Source of the DNA: Octopus bimaculoides
Lineage: Eukaryota
Assembly: GCF_001194135.2 (NCBI RefSeq)
Contig: NC_068981.1
Location: 114,924,394-114,961,941, forward strand
DNA: 37,548 nucleotides
Reading direction: 5' to 3'
Shown here: piece by piece, positions 1 through 11,589 of the stretch
How positions within the stretch are numbered: position 1 is the stretch's first letter
Layout: each line of letters starts with the position of its first letter
Notes under the pieces: model-generated
Databases searched by the model: none
Told to the model about the DNA's origin: nothing
What the model saw: only the letters and a program-made list of their open reading frames with translations
Position numbers and translations under genes: made by a program

Positions 1-72
<72 letters not shown>
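1..72. repeat. (TAA)n microsatellite
   Basis: Uninterrupted TAA run from the window start. Confidence 0.98.
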
Positions 73-75
<3 letters not shown>

Positions 76-267
76 TAATCATCGTAAAATATATTTGCCA
101 ATTGAACGTAGCGATCCTATAGAGGACGGTGTTACCGTTGTTTTTAGCCCCAGGAAGACATCTCCTCCAGCTGGTCAACGGCACAGTCTGTGTCTGATTA
201 GTATTTGCGAGGGAGGTCATCGCTCCCATTTCTAGCTTTAGGTGATACACACAACTCGGGTTTCTGA

Positions 268-1785
268 TTTCTTGTATTTGCCACCAAGGCAAAGGATGAG
301 GGGGACAATACAAAGACAGACATAAAGTGTGAGGATTTACACATAATGGGATGATATATATATATGAAAAAAGGAAGTATACACAGTATACATTAAAAAG
401 AAGTGAAGTATATATAGTATACAGCAATAAGGAAAAAAAATGTGATATGGGGAGGGGGCTCCTGACATAGAAGGACCACTAGAGATGATCGAAAAACCCC
501 GCCATCCAAGATCATTCTGAACACCACGGACAAATACCTTTTCCAACTCTTTTCGTCCGACTCTTGCCACTCTTGCCATATTCGCAGCTTTCACCCACCT
601 TTTGATAAATTCACTCGAGGACAGAACCTCCCTCTCCACCCTCACTTTCTTTTTCAAGTGAAACTTGAAAAAGTCGATTAAGGCTTTACCAAAGAGGAAT
701 GTCTCTGTCCTCATTCCTTTCAGCCTCATCCACCAAACAACCTCTTTTGGCACAGCAACAAGGCAAAGAAAAATTGCCTTGCCTGCTCAAGTAAAGGAGG
801 CGGCGGGACAATCATCTCTATGGAGCCGGACGACAGACGGATCCGTTCAACCACTAGTCAGCTGCTGTTCAACATAACTTCCACTAGTCAGTAATTACCG
901 GACACTGAACGAGTGCATGCAGAGCAGTTTCATCGCTCAGCACGCACCTCGGACAAGCCCGTCTGACAGCACATCCGTGCCTGTAGAATTTATCTCGAAC
1001 CGGTAGCGCCATCCTGTTCGTCACCTCGTCCCAGTTCTTATCCACCTGGAGGTCGGAACCAAACCAAACCCCGAGCAGTTCAAATGGTCCGTCAGTTCAG
1101 CGTCCGACGATACCATCTGACGGCATCAACTTGCCTCTCCAGGTGCCCAGTCACAAGCCTACCGACTTCTCGACATTGATTTTAGCCCTGCAGCCGACTC
1201 ATATTCTTTTAGAATAGAGCCGACCGTCTCCACTTCGGAGGTGTCCAACACCATGACGGTGACATCGTTCGCGTATGCAGACACTGCTCTTCCGAGTCCC
1301 AGTTCGAAAAGGATGCCCCTCAATTGTTCCAACTTCTGCAGCAGTGGCTCGAGAGCCAGCACGTACAGAAAAAGTGACAGCAGACAGTCGTGAAGGACCG
1401 AGCTTGTGATGCTAAACGGTTCTGATAGATGGTCATTTACTTTGACCACCAAGCAGGTTCCACTGTACATTGCAACGATCCAGGCCCTAAAATGGGTCCA
1501 AAACCAGCCGCTTTGAGGACGGCTTTCAGGTAGCAATCGTCGAACCATCGAATGCTTTTGATTGATCCAAATTGATCAGTGTCCAACCGAAGCCACCTTT
1601 AGTCCCAGCCCTCTCTATGATGTATCGCATACGGTGGAGGTTGTCGTGGATAGACCTATTCGGGATTGCGCACGTTTGTGCCTCCCCTACTAGACTACCA
1701 ACGACAAGCGCCAGCCATTTCGCTAACACCTTGGCCAAAATCTTAAACTCTGTGTTATGGGCCGAAAATTCCCTAGTATGTCCAA
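268..1785 (-). mobile_element. Tx1/L1-clade LINE ORF2 remnant, 5'-truncated and internally deleted
   Basis: Minus-strand RT motifs NFRPIT..TEFKILAKVLA, QTCAIP.RSI.DNLH, LINLDQSKAFD, LYVLALEPLL and SAYAND (YADD degenerate). These are followed by LLGVWFG..NWDEV and then, after an apparent deletion, a C-terminal ETALHALVQCP segment. Boundaries approximate. Confidence 0.88.
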
Positions 1786-2714
1786 TCATGTTGGCGCAAT
1801 AGTTCGTTTTTCCTTACGCGGGAAATTAATCACCAGCTCTGGGAATCCTACTGATCTCTACAAGAACGACAGTTCTCGACTGCTCTAGGTCTTTGGCCCA
1901 CGCCATTAACCACTCACAACTTGCATCCGGCAACGGTGTATCTGATACCAGCCAGTCTCCACTTTCATCTTCTCCACCAGACGCGTACCTACATCGTTGC
2001 TGTACGAACACTACACGACCAACAGCTGCCTCTACAGACCACCAAACAGTACGTCAACTTTGTCTACATGATCAACAGTCCGACCTAACTACGAAGTCTC
2101 TCACACATCTTTGTTGTAACCTGTTATATTATTTTATTTCATGCATGGCAATCGTTGTATTTTTTAATGGAGACTAAATCGTCGCTTACCAGTTCATTTC
2201 ATCTCAAGTCGTATATCATTTCCATATCTTCCTTATTACCCATCTTCATTATATGCTATTGTGTAACCAGACATTATTTCTTTTCACATAATGAATTGGT
2301 TTACGTGGCTCATGTAGTCTTCACTTTTTTCACTTGTGTAATAGAGCCTAAAGACACATGGCAGAGTCCTATGTTTACAATGGTTGTTTAGAATAATCGT
2401 GGTTTACTCATTGCACTGAACTTGTCAAGATATTTGTTGATTTAATTAGATTGTAATATAAAACCATGGGCGGGCAGCAAAAAGGCTTACAACTGCTCTG
2501 TTTGCATTATTCTCAATAGTTATAAATTAGATATTAGAGAAATTTAAGGAAAATTACATCACATGCCACAGTCTATAAGAATTAATGAATTATGTAATAT
2601 AGCATGCAGGCCTTACAATCGAAGGATAGTAATTTTGTTCAAGTTGGGTCCCATCAGTTTTGTTGTGGCTAGAACCATGCATGCCCTCATATTATCCAAT
2701 ATTGAGGAGAAATT

Positions 2715-2929
2715 TAAGGCGGCGAGCTGGCAGAAACGTTAGCACGCCGGACGAAATGCTTACCGGTATTTCGTCTGTGTTTACGTTCTGAGTTCAAATT
2801 CCGCCGAGATCGACTTTGCCTTTCCTCCTTTCGGGGTCGATAAATTAAGTACCAGTTGCGTACTGGGGTCGATCTAATCGACTGCCGCCTACCCCCCAAA
2901 TTTTGGGCCTTGTGCCTCGAGTAGAAAAG
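2715..2929 (+). mobile_element. tRNA-derived SINE (octopus-type) with 17-bp TSD
   Basis: Head GGCGGCGAGCTGGCAGAA...GAGTTCAAATTCC has A/B-box-like motifs. Identical AATATTGAGGAGAAATT at 2698-2714 and 2930-2946. Confidence 0.9.
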
Positions 2930-4374
2930 AATATTGAGGAGAAATTAAATAGGTGCTGTTTTGTGATTCGAAAAAAATAATTATTGAAATGTGCTTCAGA
3001 GAGCAACAGCTGACAGGAAGGCTGCGTTAAACGAAGGCGGGACTAAACGGTTCCAGAATAGTAATTTATATAAGTGGATAAATATAAATTCGAGAAAAGT
3101 GCCTGACTACTATACTAAATTAATCATGTCATCTGATAATGCCAAAATGTTTCATTGTATATTATTACTGTCAGAATAGCATCGAAGTAAATATACCTGT
3201 CAAATTTCATTTAGAGGCATAACAATCACCATTTGTGAAATCCAGTACTCTATGAAGCCAAAGCTATGTCACAGTTTTTAACCGTTTTGCGAACTTCTTC
3301 ATAGCACCGGAGTACATCTTGATTTAAATGCAAGACCAAGAGAAATGAAAGAAATACGTCATCTAAGATAGCTCACAGACATAATCATACAGCGAAATAC
3401 TGGCAATAAATTTCACTCGATAATATGCATAATAATACAATAAATTCGTTGTGCTCAAGTTAATTGTGATTTTCACCTGCATATTTCAGCTTGGGTACAG
3501 AGTGATAGCTAGAGGAATGTGTAGAAAAATTGTGAATGAGGCGTACAATATAGGGCTAGCAAAAGTGCGGTGAGGACGCACAATGAAGGCCTATAGCGCT
3601 GAATATCCTCCTATTGGGTCTGTTTGGTGATTGTAGACTCACTTCTCCGTCTACCATAATGCTTAAATTTAATAGACAATCTCGCAGTCTATATAATTCC
3701 AATTCTTGAGTCAACTGAAACATTGAAGATATGAAATATGAAACAAATAAGGTTGTTTTTTAATGTGACTATTGTTACGCCATTATAGAAACATTACAAA
3801 AGAATAAAGCTCCAACTTCTTTCTCTTTAAATAATTCATATCTATCTATATGATATGCCAATATTAAAAAAAACACGTTACATGACATCATTACAGAATA
3901 TTTATCTGTCTGAATGAACATTTCTGGAACAAACATTTCCGAAATGTCAGAAAAGAAAGGTCAAGAGAAGAAGGGAAAAGCTAGAAAAGAAAGAGTGACA
4001 CGTACATAAAATTAATTTATTAATATATTCTTATTGTAGGTGTAAAGGAAATAAAATAATAAAATAGTCTAAACTCTGCTGGGGATGCGACATGGAATTT
4101 TGAAAATATAAATCGAATGCCTTACATCGACATGTGGTCGACAGTTTGGGGGAATTATTATCTTTGACTTGTATAGTTCATTTGGGAGGTTTGGTATCAT
4201 ACGATGCTACTGTGGCCCGGGTTGAATGGAGGTTCAGTTAGGGTTTTGGCCTTGGCCTCTTTTACATCATTTACACATATCTCTAAGCCCACACTTAAAA
4301 CTAAGGTGACAGACTTTCGGCTAAGCTTGCTCCGAATGCTTACAACCAACAGTCACTTACGATTCAAAGACCTA

Positions 4375-4560
4375 GAATCTAAGGAACAAGTTTTGTATTG
4401 CAAACTAAGAGCAATACAATATGCTCGGGAAAGATAATGCTCAACAACATTATGGGGAGACAGAACAGCGCAATTAAAGCGGAAACATAGCAGGATCTGC
4501 AACGTTCTCGGAGACATAAACCAGCTGAAATGGAACTGTACACGTCACAAAGTGAGACTA
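4375..4560 (+). mobile_element. Degraded RTE-like LINE C-terminal fragment
   Basis: Translates KLRAIQYARER*...LGDINQLKWNCTRHKVR, similar to the RTE KLR.TQRAMER...LKW.WAGH.AR region. Confidence 0.5.
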
Positions 4561-6347
4561 TATTCACTTTGAGGTCAGCTAATTAGGCTACTAGAAACTA
4601 CACATGAAGCTGTGGTCATGAACGGATTTGATGCAGTGGCAATCTTGACAAATTTAGGCTAAGATGATGGAGAGAAGAAAGTGATAATGGTTAAGAATAT
4701 CCTGCGTTAAATGAAAGAGAGAGGAGGCGTATGACTGAAGAATAAGCAAAGTCACTACTTGGTTTGCATCAAATGAAGAAGGCTAAACTGACCTCTGTGG
4801 GAAATGAACTCAGAATGTTGAAAGGCAGAACTAAGCGTTCAAATGGACTATAGCTTCTGTATTGAAAATTGTAAGGATTTTCATTTATATCATGTTTTTA
4901 TAAGTGTTTTCATTATAGAAGGAACTATCTGTGACTGACATGCTACAAATAAAACATTACAATCAGAACAAAAGAACTTAAGTGAAGGAATGCCAATACC
5001 TTGTATAATTTATTCACACCCTTTTCTGTTTTAAAATCCTGCTACAATTTGGCGCCCAAAGCGTGCCTACATATAAGCCTTGTTAGGAGATATTCTAGAG
5101 GCTTCAAGAAAGATACATCACGTGATGTCTCGATTCTGATTGGCCCATAACTTGGCCGATCACATGTAAAGATTGCTACTAAACCGTGATTTTAACTTGG
5201 CAACTTGTCGATTCGGTTTCGAATCTGCTACAAGTAGCTCCCTTCCAGTTCTCTAGAATGAAAACTAAAAGAACGAAAATATAAAAGAAACGCATACAGA
5301 GAATAAAAAAGAAATGACAAACAGAAATACAAAATACAAAATGCAGAAAGAATATTATATATATACATTGATCAATGAGAAATGGTTGAAAAACTGTTGA
5401 ACTTTGCATTTGCTATAAACATTTTTCAAAATTTCTTTTCCTGTTTTTGGGAAAAGGAGAACACAGTCTTTGTTGTGCATTGTCTAATAAAACGAGCGGG
5501 TGTAATTTAGCTGGCCAATGTACTCTTCTGCCACTCCATATAATTCTGCTAGTGAGAGTGTATTTCTGTTAGACAGTATGTTATTTGTGCATATAGTTTG
5601 TGTGGGTGCAGCAGAGGAAGAAAGTTGTTGATAAGGAAGAGATTAGACACAAAGCCTGCTTAAATCGATCAACACTGACAGTCTACAGTCTTCCTTGAAT
5701 GTCCAAAACCATGTACTGAGGTTCCGTTCTTAACACACCTTTCGGGTCGGTATAAGTTGTCTATAAAGGATGTTTAACTGCATCATTGCATACAAAAACA
5801 AGTTTTGATGTCAAGTGCAACTAAAGTTTTAGTCGATTCTGGTCTCGGGATCTTTGTGGTTTTCGTCACTGTTTACAATTTTGTTCCAATTGTTTTCAAA
5901 TTTGGTATATGAACTGAATTTTGTATACTAATTATGAAAATGAAATTCATTTTCCCTATAAATCCATAATTAAAAAGTTATTAGCCTTTAAAATTTGCAA
6001 AATTTGGGTATTTTAGCCAATCAGAAGCGAGTATTTTACACATCTGTGTCCATTGTAACCAAAAGCGAGTATTTAACACTTTGTTTCCATAGTAACCAAA
6101 GATACTGTGCATGGGCACAAGGAGTGTAGGAAGCAAATGCCAGTGTGGGACACACCTTTCCATCCGTTCTTACCTTTGTAAATTTATGTGAAGATATGAG
6201 AAAGATGATTTATTTTATAAAATCCTAGAGTGTATTGCAAACTTTCTTTGTTGGATTTTTAAAACTAATAAATGTCTGTTTTAAACAATATTTTGACTAT
6301 TATTTCAAGTAACTCCTGTTGGTTTGCTTACTGTAGCTAGTTTAATG

Positions 6348-6694
6348 TGTAGTAACGCCGTGCGCATGCGTAGTCTCACGCATGCGTGGAATTCAACATC
6401 CAAGCTTTCCCGCTTGATTGTCTCTTTCTTGCTGGCCAGCGATTGAGCAAGGACGTGTCTAGCTATCTCTCCATCTTTCGAACTCACGCTAGACAGCTCA
6501 CATCAATATACCAACGTCCCAACAACCGTGTTGTCACACACCGAAGACGTCTCAACAAACAAGATTAAAGATGTATATTTTCCACCATGAATAAATATTG
6601 TTTGTGTTGATAGTCTGGAGTTCAGCGTTCCGTTCAATTCCTAGTTTAATATAGTCAGGTGTACATCTAATGATGTATAACCCACTTTCCTATA
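6348..6694 (+). mobile_element. Putative LTR (TGTAG...CTATA) upstream of a tRNA-Trp PBS-like sequence
   Basis: Starts TGTAG, has AATAAA near 6590, ends CTATA (CTACA with one change). A tRNA-Trp complement begins 3 nt later. No TSD or second LTR found. Confidence 0.45.
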
Positions 6695-6697
6695 AAC

Positions 6698-6739
6698 TGG
6701 TGACCCTCCGACGTGATTCAACACGCAGCCCGCTGAGCT
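6698..6739 (-). pseudogene. 3' half of tRNA-Trp including CCA, copy 1
   Basis: Minus strand GGCTGCGTGTT-GAATCACGTCGGAGGGTCACCA vs metazoan tRNA-Trp 3' end GG(C/T)TGCGTGTTCGAATCACGTCGGGGTCA+CCA. Confidence 0.8.
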
Positions 6740-6835
6740 ACAATAAAAACTATTTCTATATAACTGATAACCAACCTAATTTAATATAGGAAAGTCAGTT
6801 GTACATCTAATGATGTATAACCCACTTTCCTAAAG

Positions 6836-6878
6836 TGGTGACCCCCCGACGTGATTCAGACACGCAGCCCGTTGAGCT
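6836..6878 (-). pseudogene. 3' half of tRNA-Trp including CCA, copy 2 (140-bp tandem duplication)
   Basis: Minus strand GGCTGCGTGTCTGAATCACGTCGGGGGGTCACCA. Shared upstream GTACATCTAATGATGTATAACCCACTTTCCTA at 6661 and 6801. Confidence 0.8.
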
Positions 6879-7600
6879 ATTTAACACATTCCTATAAATG
6901 TTTTGACATGCCGATGCCCCACACCCTGATGATGGAAGAGGCAGCGAACGCACTGTTTTCTGAATAGCTGAACATTCTGAAAATTATCGAACTTCGAACA
7001 CTTATAAAACTTTTGCAAATTTTTTCTGGAATAAAAGAATAACAAATCCGGATCCAGCGTCAAAAATTACATCTATATGGTGCATCAAAAAGTTTTTAAG
7101 GATAATTGTAAACAGTGACGAAAACTACAAAGATCCCAGTTTCGTAGCTAACGGAGGTATCTCCGCCGAGTATTTTCACAACCGATTAATATAGTTGGTT
7201 GGGTCAAGTTGTTGATCAGATGTAGCTTATATCATTTGACTAAGTAGAATATGTTGAAGGAAAAAGAAAGTCGCTGAATGCACTTAAGACATTTAAACTT
7301 ATGTCTATATTCAACATGACCGTAGCTGGCTGGTAGCAAAGCGCAAAAGCATGGTATGTGTTCTTTCTGAGTACAACTAAGTGAAATTAAAGTATGCAGA
7401 AAATATTTAACTTTGGACAGATGCGGAGTCATTATTCTTCGTGGCTTTTTTTTTTTTTTTTCTTTTCTTCTCTGAACAGAAAATTGTGGCAGTCACAGAG
7501 GAAAATACTGGCCGTTTGTGGGTTGGGAAGAAAAGAATTTTCTTGGCATTGACGTGCAGATTTGATTACTCTGTCGAGTCAATAGTGGTCCTTGTGTCGT

Positions 7601-7773
7601 NNNNNNNNNNNNNNNNNNNNNNNNNNNNNNNNNNNNNNNNNNNNNNNNNNNNNNNNNNNNNNNNNNNNNNNNNNNNNNNNNNNNNNNNNNNNNNNNNNNN
7701 NNNNNNNNNNNNNNNNNNNNNNNNNNNNNNNNNNNNNNNNNNNNNNNNNNNNNNNNNNNNNNNNNNNNNNNNN
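7601..7773. other. Assembly gap (N run); further gaps at 14659-14746 and 33684-33782
   Basis: Runs of N. Confidence 1.
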
Positions 7774-7964
7774 ACCTTCTTCGTTTCTCTATTACTTTCA
7801 CGTGTAGTGATGTTTCTTTTTTAATATTTTACTCTCCATAAACACGATTTATGGAATGATGATGCGGAAGTAACACATGGGTAGTCCCTTGCTGGGATTT
7901 AGGCAACAACAAAAATTTACCCCCCCCCATCATTTGTGTAGTGAAAAAATTGGAAAAATCCCCG

Positions 7965-8225
7965 TGGGTTCACTGCTACTGCGTGGCACCTTGTGTCTTC
8001 CACTATAGCCCGACCAAATCCTTGTGAGTGGATTTTGTAGACGGAAACTGAATGAAGCCCTTCATGTTTGTGTATTCCTACACCAGCGCTTGACAACCGA
8101 TGTCGGTATGTTTACGTCACCGTAACATAGCGGTTCGGCAAAAGAGACCGATAGACTAAGTATCAGGTTAAAAAAGAAAATAAGCACTAGGGTCGATTAG
8201 CTCGACTAAAATTTCAAGTGAATTT
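7965..8225 (+). mobile_element. SINE family B copy (degraded)
   Basis: Shares GTGTCTTC(C/T)ACTATAGC...GACCAA.(G/T)CCTTGTGAGTGGATTT.GTAGACGGAAACTGAA with copies at 15083, 23385 and 25715. Confidence 0.75.
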
Positions 8226-8358
8226 TGATCAGTAGTAATTTGTGTAATACAGAAAAGGGGGGATAACTCCAGAGGGCTAACTAAATTTAGATTAATAATT
8301 TGACATAATTTTATCGCCAACAAAATGTACTACGATTCTATAATAATGTCACATTTTT

Positions 8359-10539
8359 CACTGGTTTACAAACATTTTTTTTTTTTTGCTCTGAGGCAAG
8401 GATATGAATAGGAGTTTCTTACTAATTTTGATGGTGAATTCAATTTTCTGAACAGTTTTACTCTATCACCTCTAGTTTTTTTGCTTTTACATATCCCATT
8501 TTAATTATACTGCATATAAATTCAAAATTAGTCTGACTAATGTCATCTGTTACAAAAGCATATTACAAAAAGAAAATACAAAAAAAAACAGCATAGATAC
8601 AAAACATTGATGGAACTAAATTACTTGGATAATACAATACTCACAAGTCATAGGACAGTGGACTGTTAGAAGTGAGTTTTTCTAGACAATTTTGTATACT
8701 TTGCCTCCAGGATGTCACACAAGAGCATCCAGTAAAAGTCCTCCATCATGCTAGGGTTCCACTTACCTTGGCAGTTGCTCTCCATCTTAGTAATATCAAG
8801 CTCATTGCTCACTGCTCCGAGCTTTGGAGGGAAGAAATTGAGGTGGGAGTAAAGAAACTGAATTTTGAGTGACATTCAGCATCCTATATCCTCATAAGAC
8901 CGTAACAACTTCTTGATACACTCTCGGTAATCTAGTACCTGTGTGTTACCAAGGAAGCCATGGCAGACTGACTTAAATGCTTCCCATGCTCGCAATTCCT
9001 TTAGGGAAAGAAGCTCCTCAAACTCCTTATCCTTCAGTACCTCTTGGATCTGAGGTCTGACAAAGACGTCCTCCTTGAGCTTAGCAGAACTTAGAACTGG
9101 GTACAGAGTGCACTAGTGTTGGAAGGTAGTGCCATTTTCGTCCATAACCTTCATGAAATTCTTCATTAAACCAAGCTTGATATGAAGAGGAGGAAGAAGC
9201 ACGTTGTTCATGTCCACCAAAGGATTTTCGTGGACACTGTGTTCACCAGACACGAAAGTGCTCTTAGATCCCCAGTTCATCTACTTGTAGTGCTTGGACA
9301 CAGCCCAACTGTCCCAGAGACAGAGAAAGCAACAGTACTTTGTGAACCCATTTGCATACCCATAAGGAGCCCAATGACCTTGAGGTCCCTGCAGAGACTC
9401 CACAGGTACTGATTGTACTTGACAGCTTCCAAAACAAGCTCTATATTGTCATACAACTCCTTTAGATGGACTGAGTAGGCAATAGGAATGCTGGGGTATT
9501 TATTCCCATTGCGCAGGAGCACAGCCTTCAGACTTCGATTAGAAGAGTCTCTGAAAAGATGCCAGTCTGATGGATTGTGTGGGAAACCAAGGAAGGTGAA
9601 CAAGCCAGAGACACTGGTGCAGTAGCAGAGCCTGTTTTCCATGTTGAAGAAAGAGGCAAAGTCCTGGTTCTGTGTCCTCAAACTGGTGATCCTTACATCT
9701 GCCTTGACCAGGTTCCATTGCTAAAGCCAGGATGCCAGGAGATCTGCTGCTTAGATAAATACAAATCATGAGCAAGGTCATTCAGGTCTTCCTGCTTGAT
9801 CCAGCGGGGCTCATTGCCACTTGCTCCTGAATAAAGAGACGTCTTCAGAAGGCATTTCTTCATCTGATGAAGGAGGAAGATCCTTATTTGCTGGGGGTAT
9901 AGGGACAGGGAGATCATTTGAATGGGGAACAGGTCTCATAGCTGAGGGAAAGTTGAGATATTTGATCTTTTTTCTAGAAAAATCATTGAAACCTGTTATA
10001 TTTGTTAGACAAAAAAAACAATCATCTGCATGGCTTCATGGCTCTCTCCAGACCATTGGGACAGCAAAGTTGAAGGCTGCTTTCTTGCCGTTAAACCATG
10101 CAGTCAGTCCACTGTAGTAGGGTTTAAAACAAAAGTGTGGGGCCCAGGATTTGTCCTGATCTCCAATTTTACAGTCAAAATAATGAAAGTAAGCAGTTCT
10201 CAGGAGGGGAGTAATTGTTTGGCACTGTGCAACTGTTGTGAAATCCCCACACATGTAGCAGAATGAATTTGCCTTGTTGATGCTTCCTTGGTGTTTTGAA
10301 GTCCCTGAAACCATTGTAGAGATATGTATCATATGTATCACAAAAATCTGAAAAACAAAATAAAAGTTGGTCATATATATGGTTGCAGGAATTGTCATAA
10401 AATCATAATAATGTATATCTCAAAGTCTGGAGGTGATGAGTGAAAACTGGTGTTGTATCTGAAATCAGCAACCCAAAATTAGGCTAAAACAATTATTTTT
10501 ATTTTTCCTGTGTTGCCTCAATTTCTCTGTAAACCAGTG
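8359..10539 (-). mobile_element. Chapaev3-like (CMC) DNA transposon, full length, disrupted transposase
   Basis: Perfect 12-bp TIR CACTGGTTTACA (8359-8370 / 10528-10539) with TTT on both flanks. Frameshifted transposase pieces: FCYMCG..GDQDKSWAPH..FAVPMVWREP; W.LF.DSS.RSLKAVLL.NGNKYPSIP; MSLKI.FL.SHL.FFP..LGAVS. Family name assigned from memory of these motifs and CAC termini. Confidence 0.85.
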
Positions 10540-11589
10540 TTTTTAAAAAGCTGTTACGCATTTTGTCCAGTAGGATTTTCAGTAAAGTGATATGTGTTTA
10601 ATTATTACAGTTGTCTCCCAATGGAATATGAAACTAATATTATACAGGTTAGGGGGAAATATTGAACTTCATTGCAGACAATTACACTTATGCTTGTGAC
10701 ACAATAAAGTGCACCCATTTCAGATTTCAAAGTGGTTGGTCATATGAAGGACATTAGTCATATAGTGTCACAATGCATAAAACATTAGCCATATAATGTC
10801 ACAATGCATAAAACATAACATTCACTACAAAGACAGTTGATGAATTTCTGACAATGGGATGCAGCAGGATGTTATGAGATTTATCCAACCCATGTTGGCA
10901 ACAGACAGAAAAGAAGAAAAAAAGGTAAAATTATGAAGAAGTTAATGATGATGTTAATTAGCATGTGTATACATACAGAGAGAGATAGAGTATGCAAGCT
11001 ACTCCTGGTAGATATACTCTTGAATATACCAAGCACTCCTTGCTGTCTTGTAGATGAGCCCAGGAAGATAAATATTAAGTGAGCACATCTTGAGAGGAAA
11101 TCAGGTTGTGTTAGTCAGCTTTAAAGCTGTTTTACAATGGATTGGATTTCCACCAGTTTTCAACAGCTGGGAAGAGATAACAGTTGCCTTGCCATAGGAC
11201 ATATTACTTTCACCATGAAGATAATGATACTAGGAAATGCATACTTCTTTCTATAAAGCTTCTTTGTGCAGGTAAATTATCCTGCAATGTGGATCTTGGT
11301 TCTTGGATCCTTAAAAAGTTCTTGCAGTGATGGAGTGTCTGGCAAAGGGAGCATATGTGAATGTACTGGAGGCTTTTAGCCTGGACACTAAACAACATTA
11401 AACATCAGTTGCTGGCAGCTGGGCTCAAATGGAAGCTGTTCTTGCAAACTTTTCTGCCAGTGAACAAATTGTGCACTCAACCCATAGTCATTGTAAATAT
11501 AAGAATAATATATTAGTGAGGCTTGTCATGAGGAATATATAGAATCTATTTGATGTCAGCAACATGATGAGCTGATCCCAGTGCTCAAC

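Larger units (their letters stand above)
5848..7136. mobile_element. Non-autonomous Merlin-type DNA element
   Basis: 33-bp TIRs GGATCTTTGT(G/A)GTTTTCGTCACTGTTTACAATT with 1 mismatch and GG...CC ends. Degenerate 8-bp TSD TGGTCTCG/CAGTTTCG (three transitions). Left subterminal region resembles the Merlin at 27739. Confidence 0.7.

Noticed and set aside
6337-6650. 10-bp direct repeat CTAGTTTAAT (6337-6346 / 6641-6650) as the TSD of a 294-bp insertion
   Set aside because: No TIR or tail at those boundaries, the motif is AT-rich, and the LTR+PBS reading explains more of the sequence. Not fully excluded.
6698-6878. Functional tRNA-Trp genes
   Set aside because: The 5' half (D-arm, A box) is missing and the acceptor stem has extra bases.
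6661-6880. Tandem repeats read as a CRISPR-like array
   Set aside because: Only two units, eukaryotic context, no cas genes; explained by a 140-bp duplication containing tRNA-Trp sequence.
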